64,000 nucleotides of DNA from an uncultured Bacteroidales bacterium (GCA_947074105.1 CAMTON010000002.1:24003-88002); one strand, 5' to 3'. Numbered from the stretch's first letter, positions 31,803-41,158 are shown. Notes: generated from the sequence alone by a model not told the origin. Numbers and translations: made by a program.

Positions 31803-31838
31803 AAAAAAAGGTGAATCCATATCGGATTCACCTTTTTT
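31803..31838. terminator. Bidirectional terminator between the paaK-like and TPR genes
   Basis: A7-GGTGAATCC-loop-GGATTCACC-T6. Perfect 9-bp stem flanked by A and T tracts. Confidence 0.8.
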
Positions 31839-31856
31839 GCATTATGTAAGATACTG

Positions 31857-33863
31857 TTATTCAGGATTTACTATAAGCTCTTTTACTTTTTCAAGGTTTG
31901 CTTTATAACCTTCTTTTTTAGTTGTGTTATAAAGTTGTTCCCAGATATTTACAGCGATGTTATAGTTTTCGTTTGCTTCTTTAATTTTTTCCTCTTTAGA
32001 GAAAACCATACCTTTTTTAAGGTGAAGAAGAGCGATACGTGAAAGAATGTTTTCACTAACCTGTTTGCCCATAAGAGAAGAAACAAGTTTTCCTGCTCTT
32101 TCAAGTGCTTCCATTGATTCTGTTGTTTTTCCTACAGAAAGATAGTAATCACCTATCATAAGGTTAGAATCAAGAGATAACACATTACTGTTTTCAGAAG
32201 CAGGTTCAATTTCGCAGATGCGGTCTATGATATCGTTACGTTTGTTAAGAATATCGATAATCTGTGTTTTATCTTCTTTTGTCATTACAAGCTGACCAAG
32301 AGCAAAATAAGATGCAGCAACATCATTCAGAAGACGAAGGTCTTTAGCATGTTTGTCAAGAAGTTCTAATCTAAGATCAAGAGCTTTCTGAAGATATTCT
32401 TCCGCTTTTTCAGTTTCTTTATTTGCTGCATAATATGCACCAAGTTTAGTAAGAGTGATAGAAGGAGCGAAAAGAAGCTGTACATTTTCACCTCCTGTAA
32501 CAGCAAGACGTTCACCGATTGTAAGAGCGTTCTGATAGTTGTTTACCGCTTCGTCTTTTTTATCATAAGCAGCGCAAAGATCAGCATAATCGTTATACAT
32601 TGTCATAAGTTCGAAGTCACCACCTTTTGCATTTTCAGCTTTAGAGTTAAGCTGTGCTTTAAGTTTAAGTGTTTCTTCGAATACTTTTTTGCCTTTTTCA
32701 AAAATTCCAAGACCGATTTCTTTATTGTTAGTACCAAGTAATGCGCGGCATACGTTGATATACCATGAAGCGATATAGAATTTCTTAGGAGATTCAGGCT
32801 GTTCTGCTTTTTCTTTAACTTCCATGATATTGAAAGTTACATTGAAAATAAGTTCTGCAGCTTTAGGCTGGTGCATTTCAAGAGCAATGAAAGCGATGTT
32901 GAAGATAGTTTCGCAATCTTCCCAGCTGAAATCATTTGCATTCTTGTGTGCATTGAACATCTTATCAAGATTCTGAAGAGATTTTTCAAAGAATGCTTTT
33001 ATATTTTCCTGTTCTCCTTTACGCAGCTGGCTTGTTGCTTTACGCATATAACCAAGAGAAAGAATAAGGTTGTTTTTGATTGAAGGATCTTTTGCCGCAA
33101 TAACTTCTGCTTTTTCAATAAGCATTGTGATAAACTTCTCTGCAATTTCTACATGAGCATTGTTCATGATAGAAACATAGACTTCGTTCATCATGCGACG
33201 AACAAGATTCATTCTTTCTACACCTTCGAACGCAGCTAAAGTTTCGATAGTTTCAGAGTTGATATTGTTAGCATAAGCAAATCCCATAATATCAGCAGCC
33301 TGAAGAAGAGGCTGATTGTTTAATGCAGAGAAATGTTCTACTATTCCTTCTATTTTTCCGCTGTTGAAAAGGTGAAAGAAAATCTCAGAGTTTCTGAAAG
33401 GATCATTTTCCGGAAGTTCTTTAAGGTGGAATGCTATATCGGCGTGGAAGCTTGAACGGCTTTCTTTTTCTTCAACATCGAAGAAAAGAGCTTTGAACTT
33501 AAGATAAGGAATTACAAGGATATCACCTCTTTCTTCAACAAATTCAAGTCCAAGTGATTTTGTTGTTTCAAGGAATCTTTCTTTATCCCATTCTGTTCCC
33601 ATAAGTTTTACAAGATCTGAAGTTCTCAGACCGAAACGCGTTGCCGCGATATAATTAAGAGGTTCAGAGAAATAATCTTCATCAATAAGCTCTTTCGCTT
33701 TCTGAACTGCTTCCTGCGCAGCTTTTACATCATCTTCACTAGACTCGATATTCTCTTTTGCAATAAATTTTGATAATGCTGAGATATGCTGTTCTGTAAT
33801 GTAGTCTTTTAAAAGTGGATTCACGTCATTAAGAATCTCTTTTGCGTTTTTCTTGTTATCCAT
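31857..33863 (-). CDS. Large all-alpha TPR-like protein of unknown function (STAND-like winged-helix arm, no NTPase motif)
   Basis: 668 aa from MDNKKNAKE. The ORF track extends 27 aa further to 33944, but that N-terminus looks like AT-rich read-through. The C-terminal two thirds are repetitive helical, TPR-like (AVNNYQNALTIGERL, AEEYLQKALDLRLEL, ANENYNIAVNIWEQL). No catalytic motif was recognised. Confidence 0.55.
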   Translation of the reverse strand: MDNKKNAKEILNDVNPLLKDYITEQHISALSKFIAKENIESSEDDVKAAQEAVQKAKELIDEDYFSEPLNYIAATRFGLRTSDLVKLMGTEWDKERFLETTKSLGLEFVEERGDILVIPYLKFKALFFDVEEKESRSSFHADIAFHLKELPENDPFRNSEIFFHLFNSGKIEGIVEHFSALNNQPLLQAADIMGFAYANNINSETIETLAAFEGVERMNLVRRMMNEVYVSIMNNAHVEIAEKFITMLIEKAEVIAAKDPSIKNNLILSLGYMRKATSQLRKGEQENIKAFFEKSLQNLDKMFNAHKNANDFSWEDCETIFNIAFIALEMHQPKAAELIFNVTFNIMEVKEKAEQPESPKKFYIASWYINVCRALLGTNNKEIGLGIFEKGKKVFEETLKLKAQLNSKAENAKGGDFELMTMYNDYADLCAAYDKKDEAVNNYQNALTIGERLAVTGGENVQLLFAPSITLTKLGAYYAANKETEKAEEYLQKALDLRLELLDKHAKDLRLLNDVAASYFALGQLVMTKEDKTQIIDILNKRNDIIDRICEIEPASENSNVLSLDSNLMIGDYYLSVGKTTESMEALERAGKLVSSLMGKQVSENILSRIALLHLKKGMVFSKEEKIKEANENYNIAVNIWEQLYNTTKKEGYKANLEKVKELIVNPE

Positions 33864-34548
33864 TAGTATATATTTATAAAAGTTGTAAATTTTATTCGTC
33901 TGCAATAATAAATATTTATTTGATAAAAAGTGTACTTTATTCACTTTTTATATTGAAAATTCTACGATTTAATCATAATAAGAGTCATTTCAGAGGACAT
34001 ATAGATGCTCTAAAGGGCGTCTGAGAACCATTAAGCACTTCTTTGCACTATAAAATATAGAATATTGACCTTCTAAGTTTAATCAGAATTATGCAAAACC
34101 AAGGGATAAAAAGAATAGGTTCCTTTTATCATTCAGGATTAATATTCTCTCCTTTTTACTGCTTTTTTTAGGTTAAATTCAATATATGTATCATCATAGC
34201 TTGTTCTTTCAGAAACATTGACAGATATGTGAGGCATACTAAAAAATTTCCACTTAATATCTTACAATAATAACAAACACGGGCTAAACGTATAATGTTG
34301 AAAAACGGACTTTTATTTTATGTAATATCTCTATTGAATTCCGGGAATAGGGGATAAAAATTTACCCCTTTTTCAGGTATCGTGAAAATGTCTGAAAAAA
34401 TGTATGATTAAATTATCGGAACTCTGATCTTATTAATATTTTCGAATCGTAAACAAGGTTGACGGAATTTGTATAGACATATAATCTGGACTTATAATTA
34501 ATAACAATATCAGAATTCCGGGCCATAAATATTAACAATTAATTGATT

Positions 34549-34926
34549 ATGGAAATTAATGACTTAAAAAAGTACGAAGGAGAGTTTTCAGAAACAAAAC
34601 TTTCTGATAAAATTTTGAAATTTGCAAAGAAGGCAGGTGTAAATCTGGTTTATGCTGTTTATGTTTGTTTTGAAGTAATAAAATCACCGTATGTTCCGAT
34701 AAAAGATAAAGCTTTAATATTTGGAGCTCTGGGATATTTTATCTCACCAATTGATATTATTCCGGATTTTCTCCCGGGAGGTTTTGTCGATGATATGGCA
34801 GCTATCATGTATGCCTTAAAAACCGTAAGGGGATGTGTGACTAAAGAAATGAAACAAAACGCACTTGAAAACACTTCTTCTATATTCGGGCACATTGACG
34901 AAAATGATCTTCTGGGATTATTTTAA
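34549..34926 (+). CDS. DUF1232 (YkvA-family) membrane protein
   Basis: Signature YFISPIDIIPDFLPGGFVDDMAAI. The ORF track starts at TTG 34543, so I prefer the ATG at 34549. Confidence 0.7.
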   Translation: MEINDLKKYEGEFSETKLSDKILKFAKKAGVNLVYAVYVCFEVIKSPYVPIKDKALIFGALGYFISPIDIIPDFLPGGFVDDMAAIMYALKTVRGCVTKEMKQNALENTSSIFGHIDENDLLGLF

Positions 34927-34999
34927 AAAAGAATATGTTATTAATGATCTTATGTCATTGATAATAAAAGCATAATTAGTAACTGATACCAGGAATAAT

Positions 35000-35290
35000 A
35001 TGATAAAAGGCTATACAACATTTTTATGTACAAACTGCAGAAATAAATTTAAAGGACCTGATATTGAATTCGGTGCGACAGTTTATTCGTCTCCTTTACG
35101 TTGTGAATGCTGCGGTTCGATACGAACACTTCCGCTAAAGAATGTTCCTTTATTTTTATTTTTTTCTTTCTTTGGAATAGGGAAAGAGTATAGAGTTTAT
35201 GAAAATATATGGAAAGGAATGGAGGAGAATGAAAGAAAGAATAGGAAAGATCAGGACTTCACAAAAATTGATCTTGATAAGAATATATAA
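35000..35290 (+). CDS. Small Zn-ribbon protein with one hydrophobic helix
   Basis: 96 aa. CTNC...(27 aa)...CECC cysteine pairs, hydrophobic stretch VPLFLFFSFFGIG, charged tail. Coding status is plausible but unproven. Confidence 0.4.
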   Translation: MIKGYTTFLCTNCRNKFKGPDIEFGATVYSSPLRCECCGSIRTLPLKNVPLFLFFSFFGIGKEYRVYENIWKGMEENERKNRKDQDFTKIDLDKNI

Positions 35291-35336
35291 AAGATTAATG
35301 TTTCAGTTCATACCGGAATTGCAGATAATATCAGTC

Positions 35337-35370
35337 AAAAAAGAGAATAGAAGAAACTATTCTCTTTTTT
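35337..35370. terminator. Bidirectional terminator between convergent genes
   Basis: AAAAAAGAGAATAG / CTATTCTCTTTTTT perfect stem. Overlaps the last codons of the 451-aa gene. Confidence 0.75.
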
Positions 35371-36712
35371 GATTCTCATCTCTGTATTCATCCAGTAAAT
35401 CTCCTATGTCTTCAATCATTCTGTTCTTATAATGCGTTATAAATGGTTTCTCATTGAGCAGAGGATTATTAAGATCCACTTTCTTTAGCTGAATAAAATC
35501 AGTTCCGAATATACATCTTCCCGGATCATAGGTGTCGTCCGGATAATGTCCTATAGAAAGAATGTCATCAGATATGTTATATGTAACCAGGTATCTTATT
35601 GTCAGGACAGATTTAAGATCATTGATATTTTCAAGAAATTTATTGTAAAATACAGCAATAGAAACCAGGCTGCCATCTTCCTCTTTGAAAGGCATAAGCG
35701 AAAAGATGGAAAGATAATTTTTCATTGCCGCATTACGACCGATAATAAATTCAAGGATAAGATACTCTTCATCAATACGAAAGAATTGCCAGAATCTGTG
35801 TTCTTTTGATGAATCGGTTATAATATCGTCGGCTTCAATCCATAATGTTGATTCATAATTGCGGCTTAATATAAGCTTGGGATAATTATGATTCTCAAAC
35901 CATACGCTTACATTGGCAATAATGCTGTTGAGAAAAAGAATAAGAGAAAGAGTGGTCTCATCCGGATCTTCCCCGCTTAAATTATAGATTGGAGTATTAT
36001 TGCGGCGGATATTATCCCGATCCATCATTTCAACTGATTTAACGACAAAATCTTTTGCCGCTTTTACAAAGGAAGAATTTGTCTTTAATTCTTTATCCGG
36101 CCTCTCAAACTTTGTAGAATATATGAAGGTGAAAAGATAACCATGGGTATAACCGCTTTCTTCAGTTTCAAGATTTTTAATAAGTCCCCGATAATGTATT
36201 ATATCATTATAATGCAGGGAAAAGATCTTATTGTCATGATAGAAATGGGTATTCTCTATTAAATTGTTATCATCTTCGTTCTTGCAGATAAAGATATCAT
36301 TTCTTGAAATAAGATTAAAATACAGACTTTCACGGGTATTAAAGTCAAATGCTTTATTCAGATCTATATCGCATAAATCATTATTCCTGTTATCAATGAA
36401 ATAGTTATATGCATCGATGACAGAAGAATATAAATTATAAGCAAGATGGTGACAGTAAGCCAGTCTTTTTAATGATATGTCTTCATTGTATTCAGAAATG
36501 TAATTTTCCAAAGCCATAATGACCGAAAGAGGATTATTCTTAATCCTGTTATTCCATTTTCGTTCTATCTTTTTTATTTCTTCCTTAGAAAGAGTTTTTA
36601 CTGTCTCTGCAGGTATTTCTTCTAAAATCTCAAGTATTGTTGATCTTTTATTTTTTCTCAGAAGTTTACTGTTGAAAACAAAGTCTATCAAATCATGTGT
36701 ATTATGAGTCAT
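35357..36712 (-). CDS. Hypothetical protein, 451 aa, no recognisable domain
   Basis: Long uninterrupted ORF in AT-rich DNA. No TM segment, signal peptide or motif that I can assign. Divergently transcribed from the AAA+ gene. Confidence 0.5.
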   Translation of the reverse strand: MTHNTHDLIDFVFNSKLLRKNKRSTILEILEEIPAETVKTLSKEEIKKIERKWNNRIKNNPLSVIMALENYISEYNEDISLKRLAYCHHLAYNLYSSVIDAYNYFIDNRNNDLCDIDLNKAFDFNTRESLYFNLISRNDIFICKNEDDNNLIENTHFYHDNKIFSLHYNDIIHYRGLIKNLETEESGYTHGYLFTFIYSTKFERPDKELKTNSSFVKAAKDFVVKSVEMMDRDNIRRNNTPIYNLSGEDPDETTLSLILFLNSIIANVSVWFENHNYPKLILSRNYESTLWIEADDIITDSSKEHRFWQFFRIDEEYLILEFIIGRNAAMKNYLSIFSLMPFKEEDGSLVSIAVFYNKFLENINDLKSVLTIRYLVTYNISDDILSIGHYPDDTYDPGRCIFGTDFIQLKKVDLNNPLLNEKPFITHYKNRMIEDIGDLLDEYRDENQKRE

Positions 36713-36890
36713 ATTATAAAATGAATAATATTTCCGGTATCCTTAAAGGAGTTACTATAATATTTAAAAATCGCGATAATATTCTGCTGCGTTACGCAAA
36801 AATATATTTTACGATTCTTTTACTATAAATTTTTTTCAAAAAAATATCTTCAGAAAAATTCCTGTGTCATCATTTGGAACAGAGAGGCTC

Positions 36891-36898
36891 TAATTTTG
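36891..36898 (+). promoter_or_regulatory. Bacteroidota -7 promoter box TAATTTTG for the AAA+ gene
   Basis: Exact TAnnTTTG match 51 nt upstream of the ATG at 36949. A TTTG lies at 36873-36876. Confidence 0.4.
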
Positions 36899-36948
36899 TC
36901 CTTCGTAAGAGAGCTTATAATTAACTAACTAATAAATCAATTTATTTT

Positions 36949-38697
36949 ATGAGTAAGAAGAACAGCAAAAAAGTATCGGTATTTTCTTCAATTTGTTTTC
37001 TGACGGAATCTCAGCATGATATGTTGCATAATGAGGAAACTGTTATAGAAAAGACAAAAGAAGAGGAAATTGAAATAGCAAAGAAGATCGTTTCGGAATC
37101 ATTGAATATCAATGAAGAGGAGATGGAGATTTTTCTTGCGGTTTTTGCAGTCAATCTTGTGTCTAATATATTACCTTCTCAAAAAGGAAGCTTTGATTCA
37201 ATTGCTGAAGAACTTAATATATCACAGATGAAGTTGTTGGAGAAATCTGATATACTTGATTCTCTTGTAAAAAAAGATATTCTTGATTGTCATAATTTCC
37301 CTGATGAAACTGAAAACAATCCTTTGAATAATTATTATTTGATTAATAACCTGGTAACCCATCAGCTTAATCTTGAAAAAGAACAGAATAAGTCAAAGAA
37401 GAAAATGAGTTCATATTCTTTTATCGAAGAAATGAGCTTCCTGTATAAGTATAAAAGTAAATCAAACATTAAATTAAATACGTTTGATAAGAAAATCAGG
37501 CTGCTTGAGAATAGATACGGAAAATCTGAATTCATAAAGACGATAAAGAAAAAGGTACCTTATATCTATGACAGGATTCTGTTTTATTATTTATGCATAT
37601 CTCACATGGAAATACAGTCATGTATGCGTATAAGTCTGCTTGTCAAGTGGATTCATACGGATATAAATGAAAGAATGAGTCAGTGGAATGGTATTGTTGA
37701 AGGAACAAGCTCTCTTGTAAAGGAAAATCTTATTGCCCTTGAAGAAGATGAAAAAGACTGGGCTGAACTTTCGGAAGAAGGAGAGAAGTTGTTTATGAAA
37801 GATCACACCAAACTTTTTGAAACAATAAATTTTGGCTCTAACGATACGGAATACAATAAGAAGGAAGAGACAGAGGAAAAAGAAAAGGAAAAGAGCGACG
37901 AGAAGTTTTACAAATTGTTGCGTCCTGAGGATATACAAAAGAAAGAGCTTTTTTATAATGAATCGGACAGAAAACAGATTGAGTCTCTTTTTGAAATCTT
38001 CAGGGAAGAAAAACTTAATTCATTGAAATCGGAACTTAAATCCCATAATATGAATACGGGGATATCGACAGTCCTTTACGGAGGTCCGGGAACAGGTAAA
38101 ACGGAACTTGTACTTCAGGTTGCGAAGTCTACCGGCAGACCTGTAATGATGGTTGAAATATCATCACTCAGAGTAAAATGGTTTGGTCAGTCGGAAAAGC
38201 TCGTTTCTTCACTTTTTGATGATTATGAAAAATATTGCGAAACTGAAGCTGTCACACCAATACTTCTCTTTAATGAAGCGGATGCTGTATTTCAGAAGCG
38301 TAATGAAAGAGATAACGGAGACAGAGGAACAGAAAATCGTATTCAGAATATCCTTCTTGATAAACTTGAGAAATTCAAGGGAATATCTATATCGACGACC
38401 AATCTGATCAATAATATGGACCGTGCTTATGAAAGAAGATTTCTTTTTAAAGTGAATGTTAATTCTCCGGAAAAGGAAACAAGAAAGAAGATATGGAAAT
38501 GTCGTCTTGAAAATATGAAAGAAGAAGAATATGAATTTCTTGCTTCAAAATATAAGTTTTCAGGAGGGGAGATTGAGAATGTTGTAAAAAAATGGATTAT
38601 TGAAAAAGTTATTAGCGGTAATTCTTCATTTGATAATCTTAAAGCAATATGTGATAATGAGAAAATTGTAAATCAAAGAAATGCAGTAGGCTTCTGA
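36949..38697 (+). CDS. AAA+ ATPase (classical AAA clade) with a long N-terminal helical/winged-helix-like region
   Basis: 582 aa. Walker A GGPGTGKT (38080-38103), Walker B ILLFNEAD (38260-38283, Asn where the usual Asp sits), sensor-1 STTN, SRH-like DRAYERRF, lid FSGGEIENVVKK. The N-terminal 370 aa has two wHTH-like segments and an acidic KE-rich linker. Confidence 0.85.
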   Translation: MSKKNSKKVSVFSSICFLTESQHDMLHNEETVIEKTKEEEIEIAKKIVSESLNINEEEMEIFLAVFAVNLVSNILPSQKGSFDSIAEELNISQMKLLEKSDILDSLVKKDILDCHNFPDETENNPLNNYYLINNLVTHQLNLEKEQNKSKKKMSSYSFIEEMSFLYKYKSKSNIKLNTFDKKIRLLENRYGKSEFIKTIKKKVPYIYDRILFYYLCISHMEIQSCMRISLLVKWIHTDINERMSQWNGIVEGTSSLVKENLIALEEDEKDWAELSEEGEKLFMKDHTKLFETINFGSNDTEYNKKEETEEKEKEKSDEKFYKLLRPEDIQKKELFYNESDRKQIESLFEIFREEKLNSLKSELKSHNMNTGISTVLYGGPGTGKTELVLQVAKSTGRPVMMVEISSLRVKWFGQSEKLVSSLFDDYEKYCETEAVTPILLFNEADAVFQKRNERDNGDRGTENRIQNILLDKLEKFKGISISTTNLINNMDRAYERRFLFKVNVNSPEKETRKKIWKCRLENMKEEEYEFLASKYKFSGGEIENVVKKWIIEKVISGNSSFDNLKAICDNEKIVNQRNAVGF

Positions 38698-38703
38698 TAA
38701 CAA

Positions 38704-38743
38704 AAGAGCTGTTCAGGAAATAAAAATCCGAACAGCTCTTTTT
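38704..38743. terminator. Bidirectional terminator between the AAA+ gene and GH127
   Basis: AAGAGCTGTTC / GAACAGCTCTT stem followed by TTTTT. Confidence 0.8.
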
Positions 38744-38812
38744 GTAATTTAAGGCTAAACCAATTTAATGATTCTGCTTAATCATCTATCTAAACATTAA
38801 AACATTATTTCA

Positions 38813-41158
38813 TTAATCAACTGCGATATCCATCAATCGGCAATCATAAAGATTTGTTACACGATTTCTTTCAACACCTTTGAATTTTACTCTGATTTTA
38901 TCTTTTCCTTTAGTATACTCTACTGGCAAAAGATGTTTCATTTCAACGAACTGATTAGCTTCGCCTGTAACACAGATAGGGAAAACATATTCATCATCTA
39001 CGACTACTTCAAAAGTAGAACGTCCGCTGTCTCCGCCCCAGTAAGTCATAAGAAGCTGTAGTGGTTTTTCGCTGTTACATTTAAGGTCGAAAGCAAACCA
39101 TCCGTTTTCATATGCCATTCTGTATTTACGGTTCTGATAATCACCAATACGGCTGTTGTCAGCTTCAAGACAATGATCACGCTCAGGCTGCATTTCACCA
39201 AGAGAGATATAGTCAAGAGTCATTTTGTCAAGTCTTGCAAGACGTCTGTTTTCTGCTTCGCGTTTTTCTTCCGCAAGTTTCCATTCAGAAGGAGAGAAGA
39301 CATCCCAGTAAACTGTATAATACTGATCATAGGTGTCATAGAAAGGTCTCAATTCGATATCATTCGGAACGCCAAGTTTCTGAGAAGTAAATACCAGAGG
39401 TTTTTGTTCTTTCTTGATATAATCGGTCACACTCTTATCATCTGATACAAATACAGGCACATCTCCTGAATTACGGTGTTCTGTCCCGAAAGTTCCGGCA
39501 AGAAGTACAGGTCCATAGAACACTGCTCTTCTGTCTTCATTATCAGGCATTGTTTCTGTTCTTAGTTCCATAGGAAGAGAAATCTCTATTTTGTCATTTT
39601 TCTTCCATTTTCTGTTAATTGCAACATAAGAACCAGGAGCAGATTCAACTTTCTGTTTCGAACCGTTCACTTTAACTTCAATTCCTTTCTGTGCCCAGAA
39701 CGGATGTCTCAGTTTCACTGTGAAATTCTTTGATTCCTTAGGAGTAACAGTGATAGAAACTTTCTCTTCCTTAGGATATGATGTCTGCATTGAAACTTTT
39801 ACATCCTGTTCTGTCCAGTTAAGATCCGAAGGAATATAAAGATTTACATAAAGTTCGGGAGATGAAGTTGACTGTGCATAGATAGCGCCTCCGTATTTTG
39901 AATGATTTTCAAATCCTGTTCCCATACAACATGTAAATGAATTGTACTTTCCGCAGAACTCTTTCTTTGTTCCCATTGCCAGTGGTACGAAATAACATGT
40001 CATTCCTGTTTCCGGATGCTGAGAGGCAAGGATATGATTATAAAGGGCTCTTTCATAATAATCCATATAATTTACATCACCGCTCCATGAAAACAGATGT
40101 TTCGAAAGCTTAAGCATATTATATGTATTACATGTCTCACAGGTTGACTGAGTAAGACGGTCGTTTAGTTTACCCGGTGTCGAAAGATATTCTCCTGAAC
40201 TGTTTCCTCCGTTTATGTAAGAATGGTTATGAACCACAGTATGCCAGAAGAATTCCGAAATAGCTTTATCTTTTTGATTTGATGTTAACTCATACTGACG
40301 TGCGCTTCCTACAATTTTAGGAATCTGAGTATTTGAATGAAGGCCGGCAAGATTATCTTTCCCGTCAGCAAGCGGATCCATTACGCGTTTATGATAGAAA
40401 TCATAAGATGCATCAAGATATTTTTTATCTCCTGTAAGAGCATAAACCTGAGCAAAAGCTTCATTCATTCCTCCGAACTCACAGTTAAGCATCTCCTGTA
40501 ACTGATCATCATTAAGAGTAGAGATGACGTCTACAAGATAATCTGAAAGTTTTACAAGGACCTCAAAAGCTTTCTGATTTCCCGTAAGCAGATAAGCATC
40601 ACTAAGAGCCATCATAGTCTTATGCTCATTATACCATGGCACCCAGATTCCGTTAAGGTCAAATCCTGCAGATTTGATAATTCCGGCTTTTACCTGTTTG
40701 AATACTTTATCTCCGCCCGGCATTCCGCCGATAAAACCGTTGACAAAATTCACCTGACAAGTGTCAAGTTCATTTACAATATAATCAACACGGTCTTTAT
40801 ATTTCTGATCTCCGGTTGAAGCATACTGTTGTGCCATCGCGGTCAGATAATGTCCTAATGTATGGCCGGCAATACCCATTGATTCCCAGCTTCCGTAAGA
40901 TTCTCCTTTTGGAGTAAGTCCCGCATTAAGGCGGAAATTAGACAGAAGTCTGTCCGGCTCCATCTCCATCATCCATGCTGAGTTCAAATCCATAGCATTC
41001 TTAAAAATGCTCTCCTTTAAGCGTACATCGCTCAGATCAAAGAATCGGTAATTCTCATGCTGGCTACATTTCTTGTGACCGCAATCACCGTGATCATGTG
41101 CTTTTGCAGCACCTGCAACTGTCATAAACAAACTTATTGCTACATAAACTTTCTTCAT
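38813..41158 (-). CDS. Glycoside hydrolase family 127 (beta-L-arabinofuranosidase, DUF1680) with an extra C-terminal domain
   Basis: 781 aa with a signal peptide. GH127 blocks HTLGHYLTAMAQ, GGNSSGEY, the Cys-rich site CETCNTYNMLKL and CCMGTGFENHSKY. Confidence 0.85.
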   Translation of the reverse strand: MKKVYVAISLFMTVAGAAKAHDHGDCGHKKCSQHENYRFFDLSDVRLKESIFKNAMDLNSAWMMEMEPDRLLSNFRLNAGLTPKGESYGSWESMGIAGHTLGHYLTAMAQQYASTGDQKYKDRVDYIVNELDTCQVNFVNGFIGGMPGGDKVFKQVKAGIIKSAGFDLNGIWVPWYNEHKTMMALSDAYLLTGNQKAFEVLVKLSDYLVDVISTLNDDQLQEMLNCEFGGMNEAFAQVYALTGDKKYLDASYDFYHKRVMDPLADGKDNLAGLHSNTQIPKIVGSARQYELTSNQKDKAISEFFWHTVVHNHSYINGGNSSGEYLSTPGKLNDRLTQSTCETCNTYNMLKLSKHLFSWSGDVNYMDYYERALYNHILASQHPETGMTCYFVPLAMGTKKEFCGKYNSFTCCMGTGFENHSKYGGAIYAQSTSSPELYVNLYIPSDLNWTEQDVKVSMQTSYPKEEKVSITVTPKESKNFTVKLRHPFWAQKGIEVKVNGSKQKVESAPGSYVAINRKWKKNDKIEISLPMELRTETMPDNEDRRAVFYGPVLLAGTFGTEHRNSGDVPVFVSDDKSVTDYIKKEQKPLVFTSQKLGVPNDIELRPFYDTYDQYYTVYWDVFSPSEWKLAEEKREAENRRLARLDKMTLDYISLGEMQPERDHCLEADNSRIGDYQNRKYRMAYENGWFAFDLKCNSEKPLQLLMTYWGGDSGRSTFEVVVDDEYVFPICVTGEANQFVEMKHLLPVEYTKGKDKIRVKFKGVERNRVTNLYDCRLMDIAVD

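Noticed and set aside
31857-38743. Compositional (low-GC) island signature for the orphan-gene block.
   Set aside because: My hand counts on single 60-nt lines gave 27-42% GC inside the block (16/60 at 36301, 18/60 at 37381, 20/60 at 35401, 24/60 at 33001, 25/60 at 36001). Outside it I counted 48% in thiC (29/60 at 18901) but only 23% in the MMPL gene (14/60 at 7801). Composition is too heterogeneous across the window to be diagnostic without a proper sliding-window calculation.
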